From Chiloscyllium plagiosum (taxonomy: Eukaryota): DNA of 64,000 nt. The stretch is taken from positions 16,562,095 through 16,626,094 of the forward strand of contig NC_057720.1 in NCBI RefSeq assembly GCF_004010195.1, in the 5' to 3' direction. The first letter of the stretch is position 1. Each line of letters starts with the position of its first letter. Both the position numbers and the translations under genes were made by a program. The notes beneath the pieces are model-generated. The model did no database searches. It was not told where the DNA came from and saw only the letters and a list, made by a program, of their open reading frames with translations. This document shows, in pieces, positions 23,282 through 36,940 of this stretch.

Positions 23282-23810
23282 TGATAATTCCCAGGTGCAA
23301 CTGTTCAGTGAACTGATGGAGGAGAATTGCATACACGAGACTGCTGAAATAAATTGTTGACTAGCATTGTAATTCCAAATGTCACTTTCCTTATTTCTTT
23401 TAAAAATAGAAGTAATCAGTCATCTATGCCAACTAGACTTAATCCTCAGCTTAAATGAATTTCATGTATTTTGGTTAAGAGACTCTGTTTTTGAGATTCA
23501 TGCACAAGGATCCCAAAATCTCCGTGCTGTAGCTTTCTGCATCCTTTATCTATTTAAATAACATTCAGCTCATCTATTTCTCCCAACATTGAATAACCTC
23601 ACATTTTCTCCATATTAATGTTCCACCTGCCAAGTTTTTGCCTACTCATGTAACCTTTCTAAGTCCCTCTGCAAACTGTGTCTTCCTCACCACTTGCCTT
23701 CCAACCTACATTTGTTTCATCTGCAAACTTGACTACAGCACATTCATTTTCCCCAAAGTGCTTAATATACATTGTAGCTAATTGTGGTTCCAGCATCAAT
23801 TCCAGTGGCA

Positions 23811-24650
23811 TGTGACGAAGTTACTCCTTTAAGAAAGTTATGTTGTCCTTGGTTTTTCTTTTCCAGAGTTTGTAAACAACACAGACTCCAAATGTCCAAG
23901 TTGAAGAGTTTCAGGCCAGTGTGATTGTAGCTAACAGATACTGCCTCAGGCAACAGGCTTTCGAGTTTTTCTAAAAATATACTTGCACAATGAAAAGGGA
24001 GTGGCCAGTTCTCCCAGCTCAGCTTTTCTCTGGTTTGGTTTGGTTTGCTTTGGTTTTTAGCAGTAGTGTTGGAAAGCTGCTGGATCTAAAGAAGCAGGAC
24101 CAGGCTGGTAGTCTCTCTCTGACTTCTCTCCTGTAAGAATCTATGTTTCATTTTACCTTTTGTGCCAAGGGGTGTTTATGGGAATTGTTGCAAGTATTGG
24201 TAACAGCATCATTAAATTGGGATAATATGTTGGGTTCGCCGATAGGTTAACTTATCCTGCTGTCGTTTGTTTGTGTTTCATTCAAATAAGGCAGCATCTG
24301 TATCGATTAGGTGACCATTACAATCAGTGAGCATCAACAGTAATGATTAAATCATGTGGCATTTCACAAATGATGTTCTTTACCACGTTAAACCAATACC
24401 CTTGCCTCCGACACCTCATTGTTTACTGCAAGTTCTTATCTGGTCAAAGTTATGCTAATTGAGCCTTTGTCAAGCAACCCGAAATCTTACTCTTTCCCTA
24501 CCTGCTCATACCTTACACACTTTCTCAGGTTGACCAGCTGTATCACTCCTGGAATATATGCATTACACCTGCTTAAAACAACTTGCAAAAAGTTTGGGTC
24601 TGAGCCACTTTCTTGAAATGTTTTGAGAGGGTTTGGTCTGGTCCATAACA
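23811..24650 (+). mobile_element. Solo LTR (Gypsy-like) inserted in an old CR1
   Basis: TGTGAC...CCATAACA ends and 4-bp TSD GGCA (23807-23810, 24651-24654); related to 52704-53394. Confidence 0.75.
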
Positions 24651-25017
24651 GGCAAGTTTCGGTTACCATCCTCAAAAATGCCCCCTTATGTCTTCTGTCT
24701 CTCTGTTTCTTCCATTAATTAGCTAACTTTCTGTCTACACTACGATACAACTTCCAACCCTATTGGTTCTTTTCTTACTAAGTAGCATAATTTGTTTTTT
24801 AAATCCAAACACATGGAAACCCAAATATATTAAAGCTACTGGTCACCCTTGACCTTCCCTGCTTACTACCTCAAAGAATTCAAAAATTTCTCAGGCATAA
24901 TATCCCTTTCATGAAACCATGATAGCCCTATTGATTATACCATTCATTTGCTAATGCTTTGCTGTTTTTTTTTTAAAACAGTAAATTCGAACAATTTCAT
25001 TGACATTTAAAAAAAAT

Positions 25018-25840
25018 ATAGAATATAGAACAGTACAGCACTGTCCAGGCCCTTCCGCCCTCGATGTCTTGTCAGCCTTATATCCTACTCTAAAAAGGAG
25101 AAAATAACCAACATACCCTTCATTGTACTAACTTGCATGTGCCTGTCCAAGTGTTGCTTAAATGACCCTAACATATCTGACCCTAGCACTACTGCCGGTA
25201 GTGCATTCCAGGCACCACCACTCTGAGTAAAGAGCTGACCTCAGACATCCCCTAAACTTTCCTTCAAATTACCTTAAAATTACACTCCCACATGATAAAC
25301 ATTTCCACCATGGGAAAAAGTCTCTAGCTATCCACTAATTATACCTATCAATGTCTTGTATACATCCATCAAGTCACCTCTGATCCTTCTTCACTCCAAT
25401 GAGAAAATCCCTAGCTCCCTCAGCCTTTCTTCATAAGACATGCCCTCTAGTCCAGGCAGCACCCTGGTACAGTTCCATGGCACCCTCTCTGAAGCTTTCC
25501 TGGAATGAGGCGAACTGAACACAAATATTCCAAGTATGGTCTAACCAGGATTTTATAGAGCTGCAGCATAACCTTGCAGCTCCTAAACGCAATCTCCCTG
25601 CTGAATGAAAGCAACACACCATACACCTTCCTAACAACGCTATCAACTTGGGAGACAACTTTAAGCGATCAATGGACATGGACCCCAAGATCCCTCTGTT
25701 CCTCCACACTGCCAAGAATCCTACCTTTAACCCCGTATTCTGCATTCAAATTCGACCTTCCAGAGTGAATCACTTTACACTTTCCCAGGTTGAACTCCAT
25801 CTGCCACTTATCAGCCTAGTTTTGCATCCTGTCAATGTCT
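25018..25840 (-). mobile_element. CR1 3' fragment
   Basis: RT C-terminal remnants plus (TTCTATA/G)n tail. Confidence 0.88.
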
Positions 25841-27115
25841 TATGGTTTCACGTCAACAGCAATGTCAATGATTTAACCTCTTAAAATCCTTCTTCACTGA
25901 GACATCATTTTTCAGAGTCATAACCTGTCTTCTTAAACATTTGCCATTTCTCCTCAACCATTTTTTCCATTAAATTCTAACCTTAACTCACTCCATCTCA
26001 GTCATTCCCCTTAAGTTTAGCATTGTGGTTACCAACCCTTGATTGTCACACTAAACTCAGAAGAATTTTGCCATGTCATGGTTACTATTTTCAGAGGGAT
26101 ATTTTACTCAGATCACATATTTAAAGCTGCTTAGTTATATTTTTTGTCTGATCCTTGGTTGGGTTTACAACATTTTGCTCTAAGAAACTCTCTCCAACAC
26201 ATTCTATGAATTCTACCTTATGGCTACCTTTGTTGATTGGATTCTCCCAATCTACAAGAAGATTAAAAATGATGATTAATGTACTGCCTCTCTTTTTAAA
26301 AGGGGGCCGACAGACTGCTCCTACCAATGTCTTCTTACCCTTGTTATTACCTCCATTCTGTCAACGCAAACTACTGGTTGCTCTCAGTGAATGATTACTG
26401 CAGTTGTTTGTGAGTTAATAATGGTTTTGTTCATTTATTAACTGTAAACTGATAAATTTGGCCTCGAAACCTTTGCACAATATGGCAAATTAACAAGTGA
26501 CGCCCCTGGAACTAGAGAAGGACCACAAATTTTTTGGATTCTTGAATCTAACAATCTGATCTCATTCTAAAAGCATTACACTAATGTTAGGAACCATTAA
26601 AAATTTAAAAAAAAAGAGATTAAAACAAAAATCACCAAATAATTAACTGACAGGTCTATGCCACAAGATTTCAATATTATTGTAAATTAAAAACAATTTA
26701 TATGCAAAAATAAATCAGTTAAAACAAGTTAACACCACAGCTTGCAAAGACAAAGATTTTAACTCTCGTGCTGTGACTCAGGTTACAAGGACTGCCCAGT
26801 AGCACAGGAAGATGTCTTCTGTGTTCTTCATGGATAAGTGACACCAAGTTCTCTCTGTCATCTCACATTCACCGGGCGACATTAACTGGAGCGCTGCCAC
26901 TCTACAATCATTTTATGCTCATAAACCATAACACAATATTACATGCATCATGTCCACTCACCTTCCAAAGCTACTGACCCTTCCCACCCTTTGTGCTTTC
27001 TATTAATTCACTGGAGATCTGGGGGTGCTACATAATCTCTCCTGCTCAACCATCACGACATGTAATTTCATCATTCTTAATCCCTAGCATTGCAGGAAAA
27101 CCATCTACACAGCAC

Positions 27116-27931
27116 ATGGGCTGAGAAGTGGCAGATGAAGTTTAATTTAGATAAATGATGTGCTGCATTTTGGGAAAGCAAATCTTAGCAGGACTTATAC
27201 ACTTAATGGTAAGGTCCGAGGGAGAGTTGCTGAATAAAGAGACCTTGGAGTGCAGATTCATAGCTCCTTGAAAGTAGAGTCGCAGGTAGATAGAATAGTG
27301 AAGGTGGTGCTTGGTAGGCTTTCCTTTACGGGTCAGAGTATCAAATACAGGAGTTGGGAGGTCATGTTGCAGCATTGGTTAGGCCACATTGGAATATCGC
27401 GTTCAATTCTGGTCTCCTTCCTATCAGAAAGATGTTGTGAAACTTGAAAGGGTTCAGAAAAGATTTACAAGGATGTTGCCAGGGTTGGAGGATCTGAGCT
27501 ACAGGGAGAGGCTGAACAGGCTGGGGCTGTTTTCCCTGGAGCTTCAGGGGCTGAGAGGTGACCTTAGAGGTTTACAAAATCATGAGGGGCATGGATAGGA
27601 TAAATAGACAAAGACTTTTCCCTGGGGTGGGAGAGTCCAGAGCTAGAGGGCATAGGTTTAGGTTGAGAGGGGAAAGATATAAAAGAGACCTGAGGGGCAA
27701 CTTTTTCACGCAGAGGGTGGTATGTGTACGGAATGAGCTGCCAGAGGAAGTGGTGGAGGCTAGTACAATTGCAACATTTAAAAGGCATCTGGATGGGTCT
27801 ATGAATAGGAGGGGTTTGAAGGGATATGGGCCAGGTGCTGGCAGGTGGGACTCTCTTGGGTTGGGATATCAGGTCGGCATGGACGAGTTGGACCAGAGGG
27901 TCTGTTTCTGTGTTGTACATCTCTATGACTC
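27116..27931 (+). mobile_element. CR1 3' fragment
   Basis: QFWSPSYQKDVVKLERVQKRFTRMLPGL...RGNFFTQRVV...FKRHLD. Confidence 0.92.
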
Positions 27932-27939
27932 AATAACCA

Positions 27940-28606
27940 CACGTAAGGTTAAAAGATTAGCTTGTGCTATCTCTCTGGACATTAATGTTAAAGGGTTAAA
28001 CTGACCTGTCTTTTCCAAGAAACTAAACATTCTGGAAGGGAGTGGAGGGTGACATTCTGTCTCAGACAGCATGCAGGAATTTAGATGACTATCCATTGTA
28101 ACCCACACTTCATTTGGGCAGCCATTTACTACTATTCTACTGCTAGTATCAAATTAAACTCTCATTCAGTCCCTTCCATTCAGAAATGCTTTCACAGCTA
28201 TCCTTCCGCCAATCAAATTAGTTTGCGTGATCATCCCCCTGATGAAGAAGAGCACACCTACATGGTCTTGGGGAAATCACCGAGTCAGGAAATTGTTTGC
28301 AGAACGTTTTCCTAGGATTAGGGCATTTACATTATCTCAGAGGATGACTTATTCTACCATTGTACCTGGGGTAACGTGGTTATTGGGGGGTGGCTGGAGT
28401 ACTGTGAGCATTAAGAAATGATCTGCATAAAGGGGATGTGTTTCCTTTGTTCAGGGCCTCTTTGATTCAACTTTGCACGCCTGCGAGGAGTGCCAAAGGG
28501 GCAACTTAGTTTGTACAGGCTTTATTAAACTTGAGTTGTTTGCAGAAGTTGGTGCGTGCGAATTGCATCTCATGTGTGAAACCTTGGGTAAAAGACCTGC
28601 CCCCCA
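27940..28606 (+). mobile_element. Solo LTR, same family as 10096-10706
   Basis: Collinear homology to the reverse complement of 10096-10706. Confidence 0.6.
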
Positions 28607-29271
28607 CATAAGACCATAAGACCATAAGACAAAGGAGTGGAAGTAAGGCCATTCGGCCCATCGAGTCCACTCCGCCATTCAATCATGGCTGATGCGCATT
28701 TCAGCTCCACTTACCAGCGTTCTCCCCGTACCCCTTAATTCCTCTGGACAACAAGAATCTATCAATCTCGGCCTTGAAGACATTTAGCGTCCCGGCTTCC
28801 ACTGCACTCCGTGGCAATGAATTCCACAGGCCCACCACTCTCTGGCTGAAGAAATATCTCCGCATTTCTGTTCTGAAATGACCCCCTCTAATTCTAAGGC
28901 TGTGTCCACGGGTCCTAGTCTCCTCGTCTAACGGAAACAATTTCCTAGCATCCACCTTTTCCAAGCCATGTATTATTTTGTACGTCTCTATTAAGTCTCC
29001 CCTTAATCTTCTAAACTCCAACGAATACAATCCCAGTATCCTCAGCCATTCCTCATATGTTAGAACTGTCATTCCAGGGATCATCCGTGTGAATCCCCGC
29101 TGGACACGTTCCAGTGCCAGTATGTCCTTCCTGAGGTGTGGGGACCAAAACTGGACACAGTACTCCAAATGCGGCCTAACCAGAGCCTTATAAAGTCTTA
29201 GTAGTACATCTCTGCTATTATATTCCAACCCTCTTGAGATAAGAGACAACATTGCATTCGCTTTCTCTATC
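28607..29271 (-). mobile_element. Young CR1 3' fragment with stop-free 183-aa ORF2 C-terminus
   Basis: ORF 28701-29252 (LYKALVRPHLEYCVQFWSP...); tail (TCTTATGG)n. Confidence 0.95.
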
Positions 29272-30371
29272 TTCCTACGTGTGAGCTGGTTCTGTATCCA
29301 AATGGCTAGTTCTCCCTGTATTCCATGATATCTAACCTTGCGAACCTGTCTCCCTTGGGGAATCTTGTCAAACGCCTTACTAAAGTCTATCTAGTACCCT
29401 GGCATGTAGGCCATCAGGCCCAGGGGACTTGTCTGCCCTCAATCCTAATAGTTTGCTGTGTACCTTTTCCCTCTCAACGTGGATTGTTTAAGTTCTATCC
29501 TTTCTATCACCTCTGATTTGCCCGTTCCAATAGGAATAGCACTATTGTCCTCCAGCTTGAAAACTGAGGAAAAGTATTGACTAAGCTCTCTGCCATTTCA
29601 GTGTTCCTCCTATTAACTCACCGGTTTCATTTTCCAAGGGACCATAGCGACTCTGATCCCTTTAGCATGCCAACAGAAGCTTTTGCTATTCTTTTTGATA
29701 TTTTGCGCTAGGCATGACCTCCCTTTACTAAATCCATGTTGACTTGTTCTAATCAGATTCTGCTCTTCCAAGAATTTAGACATCATCCTGACCTATCTAC
29801 AATCTGAGGATGGGTTTCAGATGACCTATAAATCAGACTGTGGCCAAGTTCCCAGACTGCAAGGAAACCGATCCCTGGACTCTGGTCAGACCAAGCAGCT
29901 GGACTAGAATTAGAAAAGACCAATGAGTGTGGTGGACTCCTGACAGTCAATGGTCCCTCTTCACACCACTAAGGACTACTTTCTTCTGACCATTTGGTTG
30001 AAGCACATGCTGTGACAAAGCCATTCTTCATAATGACATATCCGCCCTCTGACTGCTTAGTGTTCCCACTGGTTAGATGCCTCCCTCTCCATTAAAAAGC
30101 AATACAAGCCGGAGGCTGATAACATCCCAGTAAGCACAAAGTGAGTGAGAACAAAGACCTAAGATGTATCCTGTTGAGATGTATGAGATGTGTGCGTGCC
30201 CTTGTGCACAGAGTGAGCTGGCAGAAGCACAAAATTCATATGCTGCCTTTTCCTTTGCCTTTCCAGCGCCGCACTTTTCAATTGACCTCCAGCATCTGCA
30301 GTCCCTTTCTTTCTCCTAGTCAGAGCCTTCTCTTGCAGCTGTGGAGCATGTTGTGGACATTGTGGTGAGGT

Positions 30372-30750
30372 CACAGTTATAGAGACATAGAGAACTACAG
30401 CATGGAAACAGACCGAGGTCCAACTCATCCATGCCGACCAGATATCCCAACCCAATCTAGTCCCAACTGCCAGCACCCGGCTCATACGGCTCCAAACCCT
30501 TCCTATTCATATACCCATCCAAATGCCTTTTAAATGTTGCAATTGTACTGGCCTCCACCACTTCCTCTGGCAGCTCATTCCATACACTCACCACCCTCTG
30601 CATGAAAAAGTTGCCCCTTAGGTCTCTTTTATATTTTTCTGCTCTCACCTTCAACCTATACCCTTTAGTTCTGGACTCCCCCACACAAGGGAAAAGTCTT
30701 TGTCTATTTATCCTATCCATGCCCCTCGTGATTTTATAAACCTGTAGAAG
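30372..30750 (-). mobile_element. CR1 3'-end fragment
   Basis: Same subfamily as 27116-27931, opposite orientation. Confidence 0.9.
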
Positions 30751-30884
30751 GTAATCCCTCGATTACATAGCACTCGGCAAGCAGCCACTAGGTATCTGAT
30801 CTGATTTACAAGAAGGAAATTTGCACCATTTTTGTTCCTTGGGGAAGGAGAAAAGTATTGGAAGTGGCATAGAAATGGGGCAAA

Positions 30885-32835
30885 ATGGTGGATTAATTGG
30901 CCAAATGGACCGACAAATGGCAGATAAGGGTTTAATTTAGATAAATGCAGCACCTCACATTTTGGAAAGGCAAAATCAGAGCAGGACTTATACACTTAAA
31001 TGGTAATGTCCGAAGGAATGCTGCTGAACAAACAGACCTTGAAATGCAGGTTCACAGTTCTTCAAAAGTGGAGTCGCAGGTACATCGGATAAGACATTCG
31101 GTATGCTTGCATTTATTGGTCAGTGGATTAAGTACAGAAGTTGGGACATCATGTTGTGGCTGTGCAGAGCATTGGTCAGGCCACTACTAGAATATTGCAT
31201 GCAACTCAAAGAAATAATAAAAAGATGGGGTACTGGGCTAATGGTCGGATACTTGGTAGTGTGGATGAGCAGAGGGATCTTGGTGTCCATGTACACAGAT
31301 CTCTGAAAGTTGCCACCCAGGTAAATAGTGCGGTGAGGAAGGCATATGGCGTACTGGCTTTTATTGGTAGAGGAATTGAGTTCCGGAGTCCTGAGGTCAT
31401 GATGCAGTTGTATAAAATTTGGTGCGGCCGCATTCTGGAATATTGTGTGCAGTTTTGGTCACCATACTATAGGAAGGATGTGGAGGCACTGGAACGGGTG
31501 CAGAGGAGGTTTACCAGGATGTTGCCTGGTATGGAAGGAAAATCGTATGAGGAAAGACTGAGGCACTTGGGGCTGTTTTCACTAGAGAAAAGAAGGTTTA
31601 GGGGTGACTTGATTGAGGTGTACAAGATGATTAGGGGGTTAGATAGGGCCGACAGTATGAACCTTTTCCCGCGTATGGAGTCGGGTATTACAAGGGGGCA
31701 TAGCTACAAATTGAAGGGCGATGGACAGATGTCAGGGACAGGTTCTTTACTCAGAGAGTGGTAAGGGCGTGGAATGCCCTGCCTGCCAATTTAATTAACT
31801 CAGCCACATGAGTGGTATTTAAGCAATCCTTGGATAAGCACATGGATAATGATGGGATAGCGTTGGGGGATGGGTTTAGATTATTTCACAGGTTGGTGCA
31901 ACATCGAGAGCCGAGGGGCCTGATCTGTGCTGTATCATTCTACGGTCTATGTTCTATGTTCTAAGTAGCTGTTTTGGCTAAAAGTACAAGATCAAGATCC
32001 TGGCAGCTTTGCAGATCTGCTGCACATTTTGGAATAGTGGCCTGTGTGTTCCCTAAATCTATCCCATTAAATCAATTACCTGTCATGTAGGGGGCATAGC
32101 TTTAAATTAAGTGGGGGTAGATATAGGACTGAAGTTAGGGGTAGGTTCTTCACTCAGCGAGTCGTGAGTTCATGGAATGCCCTGCCAGTAGCAGTGGTGG
32201 ACTCTCCCTCTTTATGGGCATTTAAGCGGGCATTGGATAGGTATATGGAGGATAGTGGGTTAGTATAGGTTAGGTGGGCTTGGATCGGCGCAACATCGAG
32301 GGCCAAAGGGCGTGTACTGGGCTGTATTCTTCTATGTTCTATGTTCTAACTCCGGTCTCCCTCCTATAGGAAGGAAGTTGTGAAACTTAAAGAGTTCAGA
32401 GGAGCTTGTCAACGATTTTGGCAGGGTTGGAGGGTTTGAGTTATGAGCAGAGGCTGAATAGAGTGGCGTTATTTTCCTGGAGGCTGAGGGGTGACCTTAT
32501 AGAGGTTTGTAAAAACATGAGGGGAATGTATACGGTGAATACATTCCCCAGGGTGGAGTAGGGGCAGCCCAAACTAGAGGGTACATGTTTAAGGTGAGAG
32601 GGGAAGAGATTTAATAGGGACCTAAGGGGCACCTTTTTCACGCAGAGAGTGGTGAAATACCAGACGAAATGGTAGAGGCTGGTAGAATTACAACATTCAA
32701 AAGGCATCTGGATGGGGATGTGAATAGGAGGAGTTGAGGAATATGGGTCAATTGTTGGTAAATGGGACTAAATTCATTTAGAATGTTTGTTGGCATGGGG
32801 ACGAGTTGGACCGAAGAGTCTGTTTCCATGCTATA
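30885..32835 (+). mobile_element. Older CR1 3' fragment split by two younger CR1 insertions (about 31215-31962 and 32084-32348)
   Basis: Host reads ...EYCMQ at ~31205 and resumes at CGGTCTCCCTCCTATAGGAAG near 32352; both inserts end in (TTCTATG)n. Confidence 0.85.
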
Positions 32836-33112
32836 TTTCTCTATGACTCTATAACTGAGTTATACCTTTTACTCTGTTCCAGCTATTCTCAAAGGGTTTT
32901 CCATAATCTTTTGGCTGAACAACTTTCCCATTTATTTACAGTCTTCATGACTCAGAATGGAGTTGAAAGCTGGAAATGCAAGTTCCAACTTTAAATGGAA
33001 AGTCCTGCTCCTACATTTAATCTTGATTAAAGATTTCAATTCCTGGAGTTTGGAAGAGCAAGGGGTTAAGTGATTCCAGTATTAAAAAAAAGGTCCCAAA
33101 CAGTCTTGACAA

Positions 33113-33430
33113 GGAGGTGGTAGCAACATGCTGATAATGTTATTGAACTAGTAACATAGGACTTCAGGCTAATGTTCTGGGGACATGGCAAATGGTGAAA
33201 TTTGTATCCAATAAAAATCTGGAATTAAAATCTAACCCAATTGCCACTCTTAATTGCTGTAAAATCCCATCTGACCCATTCATCCTTTAGAGAAACACAT
33301 CTACCATCCTTACTTGGCCTGGCCTACAAGTGATTCCAGATCCACAGCAATGTGGTTGACTCAAACTGCTTTCTCGGCAATTAAAATGAGGAGCAATAAA
33401 TGCCCATCCGGTAATGCCCACATTGCAAAC
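33113..33430 (+). mobile_element. tRNA-head SINE (same family as 14247-14610)
   Basis: GCTAATGTTCTGGGGAC head, CTCCAGA.CCACAGCAATGTGGTTGACTC-like body, GCAATAAATGC tail. Confidence 0.7.
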
Positions 33431-33670
33431 TTTTCTTCTTTTAACATAGATGCACCCAGAATTAGGGGGCACTGTTTTAAAACCTGGGGTTGCCCTTTTA
33501 GGACTTACTTTCCTTTCAGAGTGTTGCACACGTTTGGAACACACTGCCTCAGAAGTCAGTGGAGGTGGGGTCTTTTTTCTTAAAAAAAGTACGAGGTAGA
33601 CAGATTCCCTTGTCTAACGTGCAATCTGAGGTTATCAGGAGCAGACAGGAATGAATTTGGAACACAAACT

Positions 33671-34639
33671 AATGAAAGGTTGTGTAAAAGATTCGTGACT
33701 TGGGTACCAGTTGTCGTAGTTGTGGGTATGTTCAGAGTTGGGAAGTTGATTTGCAGATGTTTCAACCCCTGTCTCGGTGACACCTTCAGTGATTTGGAGA
33801 TTCCTGTGAAGCGCTGCTGTGCTGTCTCTTCTGGAATTTATTAGTTGTGGCCCTGCTACTTCCGGTAGCTGGTTCCAGCAGCATTCGTTGTAGTGGCCGG
33901 TATATTGGGTCTAGATCTGTGTGTTTGTTGATGGAGTCTCTGGGCAAGTGCCAGGTTTCTAGAAATTCTCTGGAAAAACAAAAGTATTCGCCAAGAACCT
34001 GATATCCCCGCAACTTCATCTGCAGATGCCTAGCAGACAAACATGTCACAACCAAAGTCACCAGCAACGCTACCTTATATAACAAAAATCTCGGTACTGA
34101 TAGCCAGACTTCTCGGACCACTGGGATTCATGACAGCCCATAAACCAATAGTAACGCTCAGATAATGACTCACCAGGACAATAGACCATATACCTATCAT
34201 GTGCAAGACAAACTTAATTCACAAGATTCCACGCAAAATTGTACGAAACACTACATAGGACAAATAGGCAGACAACTAGCAATCCATATTCATGAACACC
34301 AACTAGCCACTAAACGCCACAACCAGCTTCTCTCATTGTCTCACACACACACACACATTCAACTGGGACAACACAACACCACAGAGGACAGCCAGAGAAT
34401 TTCTCGAAGCCTGTGGATGAGTGCCATGCTCTATCAATAAGCACATAAACCTAGACACAATATACTGGCCACTATGAACAACCTGAACCGGCAACTGGAG
34501 GTAGTAGGCATGGAACCAAATAAATTCCAGAAGAGACAAGACAGCAGTGCTTCACAGGAGGCTCCAAAGCCTCACCTAGACAAGGGACGAAACGTCTGCA
34601 AATCAAATTTCTAGCTCAGCTAACATACCCACAACTACG
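33671..34639. mobile_element. Penelope-like element with inverted terminal copies and GIY-YIG remnant (HHR family C, decayed)
   Basis: CTKHYIGQIGRQLAIHIHEHQLATKRH (34240-34320). About 33712-33975 is the inverse of about 34385-34642. Candidate TSD ACACAAACT(A/G)AT at 33662 and 34640. Confidence 0.8.
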
Positions 34640-35989
34640 ACACAAACTGATTTAAAGTGATCTTACTGAATGGCCAAATAGTTTTGAGGAACTAGCCTCT
34701 GCTTCTACGTCCCATACAAGATTATTCCATTATCTACAGTACGCTAAAAATTCCTTAGGGACTTGTCTTTGCATAACCAGTTTAACTGGATAATGAAAGT
34801 CTTTTCTCTATAGTTACCTGCATTTTCAGGTGATTTTAGGGGTCATGTCAACTAACCTGCAGCTCGTTAAAGCATAAAAGGTATTTACTACTGCAGAGTT
34901 GGTGGCCTTATTAAATTAGGTCAGCTTGCAGTATCAAAAATAAACTTGGTTGCATGATTTTGTGTCAGTAAGGGATTACAAGAATCGCCAAACCACTTAC
35001 GTAATAAACTATTTACATAAGCTTACATTTTCTGTAAAATGGTATATTAGCAAATCCAGAATATAACAATATTGGATAGAAAAGGTGTTAATGTGGAATT
35101 TTAAAATTAAAAATGGCACAACTGTAATGATTTTCTGTTTGGCTAAGGAGATTACTAAACAAAAATATTACCTCTTTTGCATCCAAAGACACTATCAGAC
35201 CTGCTGAGTACATCCAGCATTTTCTATTTTTACAATGTAAAGTTAATAATGCATAGTTAATACTCTGCACTGGTTACATCTGACTATTCTTGCAACTGTA
35301 TTTAGTCTGGCATTAAACCTAACTAAATTTGAAATTCTTGTCACTTACTGCCCTCTTTTCAGCATCAGACCAGCCTTGAAAAATTTTACATTACTGTTCT
35401 TGTATGAAGACAGGATTAAGAAAAAAAATGCACATCACATCTTTTTAGTTTCAACTTCCTAATAAATTCAACAGATATATTTCAAAACACTTCAAACCAA
35501 CAGAGCAAATTGGAGTCATCCAAAACACTGCTGTCTAGGTCTTCACTCAAGTCTCACACAGCCTTTAACCACACTTGTTGATCTGCACTGCCCTGCAAGT
35601 AAGCAACACTCAGTTTAAAATTCTTGTCCTGATTTTGACATCTTTTACCTCACCCTCCTTATCCTAATCTTCAAACCTACATTTAGTCTGGTATTTGAAT
35701 TCAGCTAAGTATGGCCTCTTGACCATTTCCATTTGAATGGTTCTACAATTCAGGCTCATGCTTTTAGCTGTCTGAACACTATGTCCTGGAAACCACTCTA
35801 AATTTCTCAAAATCTCTATCTCCCCATTATGATGCTCCCCAAGATGGATCTTTCTGACCAAGCTTTTGGCCATCTGCTCCAATAACACTCGATAATGCAA
35901 AATTGGACGCCCAGCTCTATCACTCCTGTACAAAGGACTATTATTTCATGGATACTTCACATTAAAAAGGCACTACATAGGTAACAGTA

Positions 35990-36940
35990 TTGCTGATGGC
36001 ATGTGGGTATCTCCAATGCCAATGATGAACCATTTCCTTGAACAGCTGCAATCCATGTTGTTACGGTCTTTGTCCCAGGACACAATGATAATCAAGTAAT
36101 TTCCAAGTCATCCCAATGCACAATTTAGGATGTGAATATACAGGTGGTGATAATGTTTCCACGTTCCTGATTCCTGTCTCCTTCCAGATGGTATGTGTCA
36201 AAATATTTTTGGCGCTGCTATTTGAAAAGCTTTGGGAAATGGGGACTTTGGAACTATACCTAACCAAGTGAAGAATGTTATTTCACTATCCTTTTTTAAA
36301 AAACATGTTGCTGATTGGGCTGGTATTTATTACCCATCCCTAATGGTGGCAAGCTGCCTCCTTGAATGGCTACATATTTGTTGTATGTGAGCACACAATG
36401 CTGTCAGGTAGAGCGTTCTGGGATTTTGACCCAGCAACACTGAAGAAACAATTATATATTTCCAAGAGATATCAGTGAGTGGCTTGGAGTGAACTTGCAT
36501 GTGGTGGTGTTCCCATGTATCAGCTGCCCTCGTTCTTCAAGCTTTGATGAATTTCTGCACTGCATCTTTTACACGGTATATTTCTGAAAGGAATGAACGT
36601 TTGTGGATGCGGTCTCAATCCAATTTATATCTTGCAGATTTTCTGAATGTTTTGGGGAGTTAGAAATTAGTAAGTCTCCAAAGACCACCCAATCTCAGAC
36701 CTGCTTATGCCCACAGTATTTGTGGTTGATTTGAGTTAGATTTCGAGTTCACAATGATCCTCCCAGGATGCTGGCAATAGCAGATTCAGGTATGGCAATT
36801 GCATTAATTTTTAAGAGATGATTGCAGGAAATGTTATGAAGTTGAGATACTCGCATCCAATTTTGTGCTTGGTATGCCTTCAGCCAGTGGAGTTTTTTTC
36901 TTCTGGTGCCTTTGATATCAAGGTCACATGAATTTCAGGA
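35990..36940 (-). mobile_element. Old remnants, including the 3' end, of the tRNA-head LINE family
   Basis: Minus strand GGGCAGCTGATACATGGGAACACCACCAC...GCTGGGTCAAAATCCCAGAAC matches 6275-6390 and continues to GGGATGGGTAATAAATAC. Confidence 0.7.
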
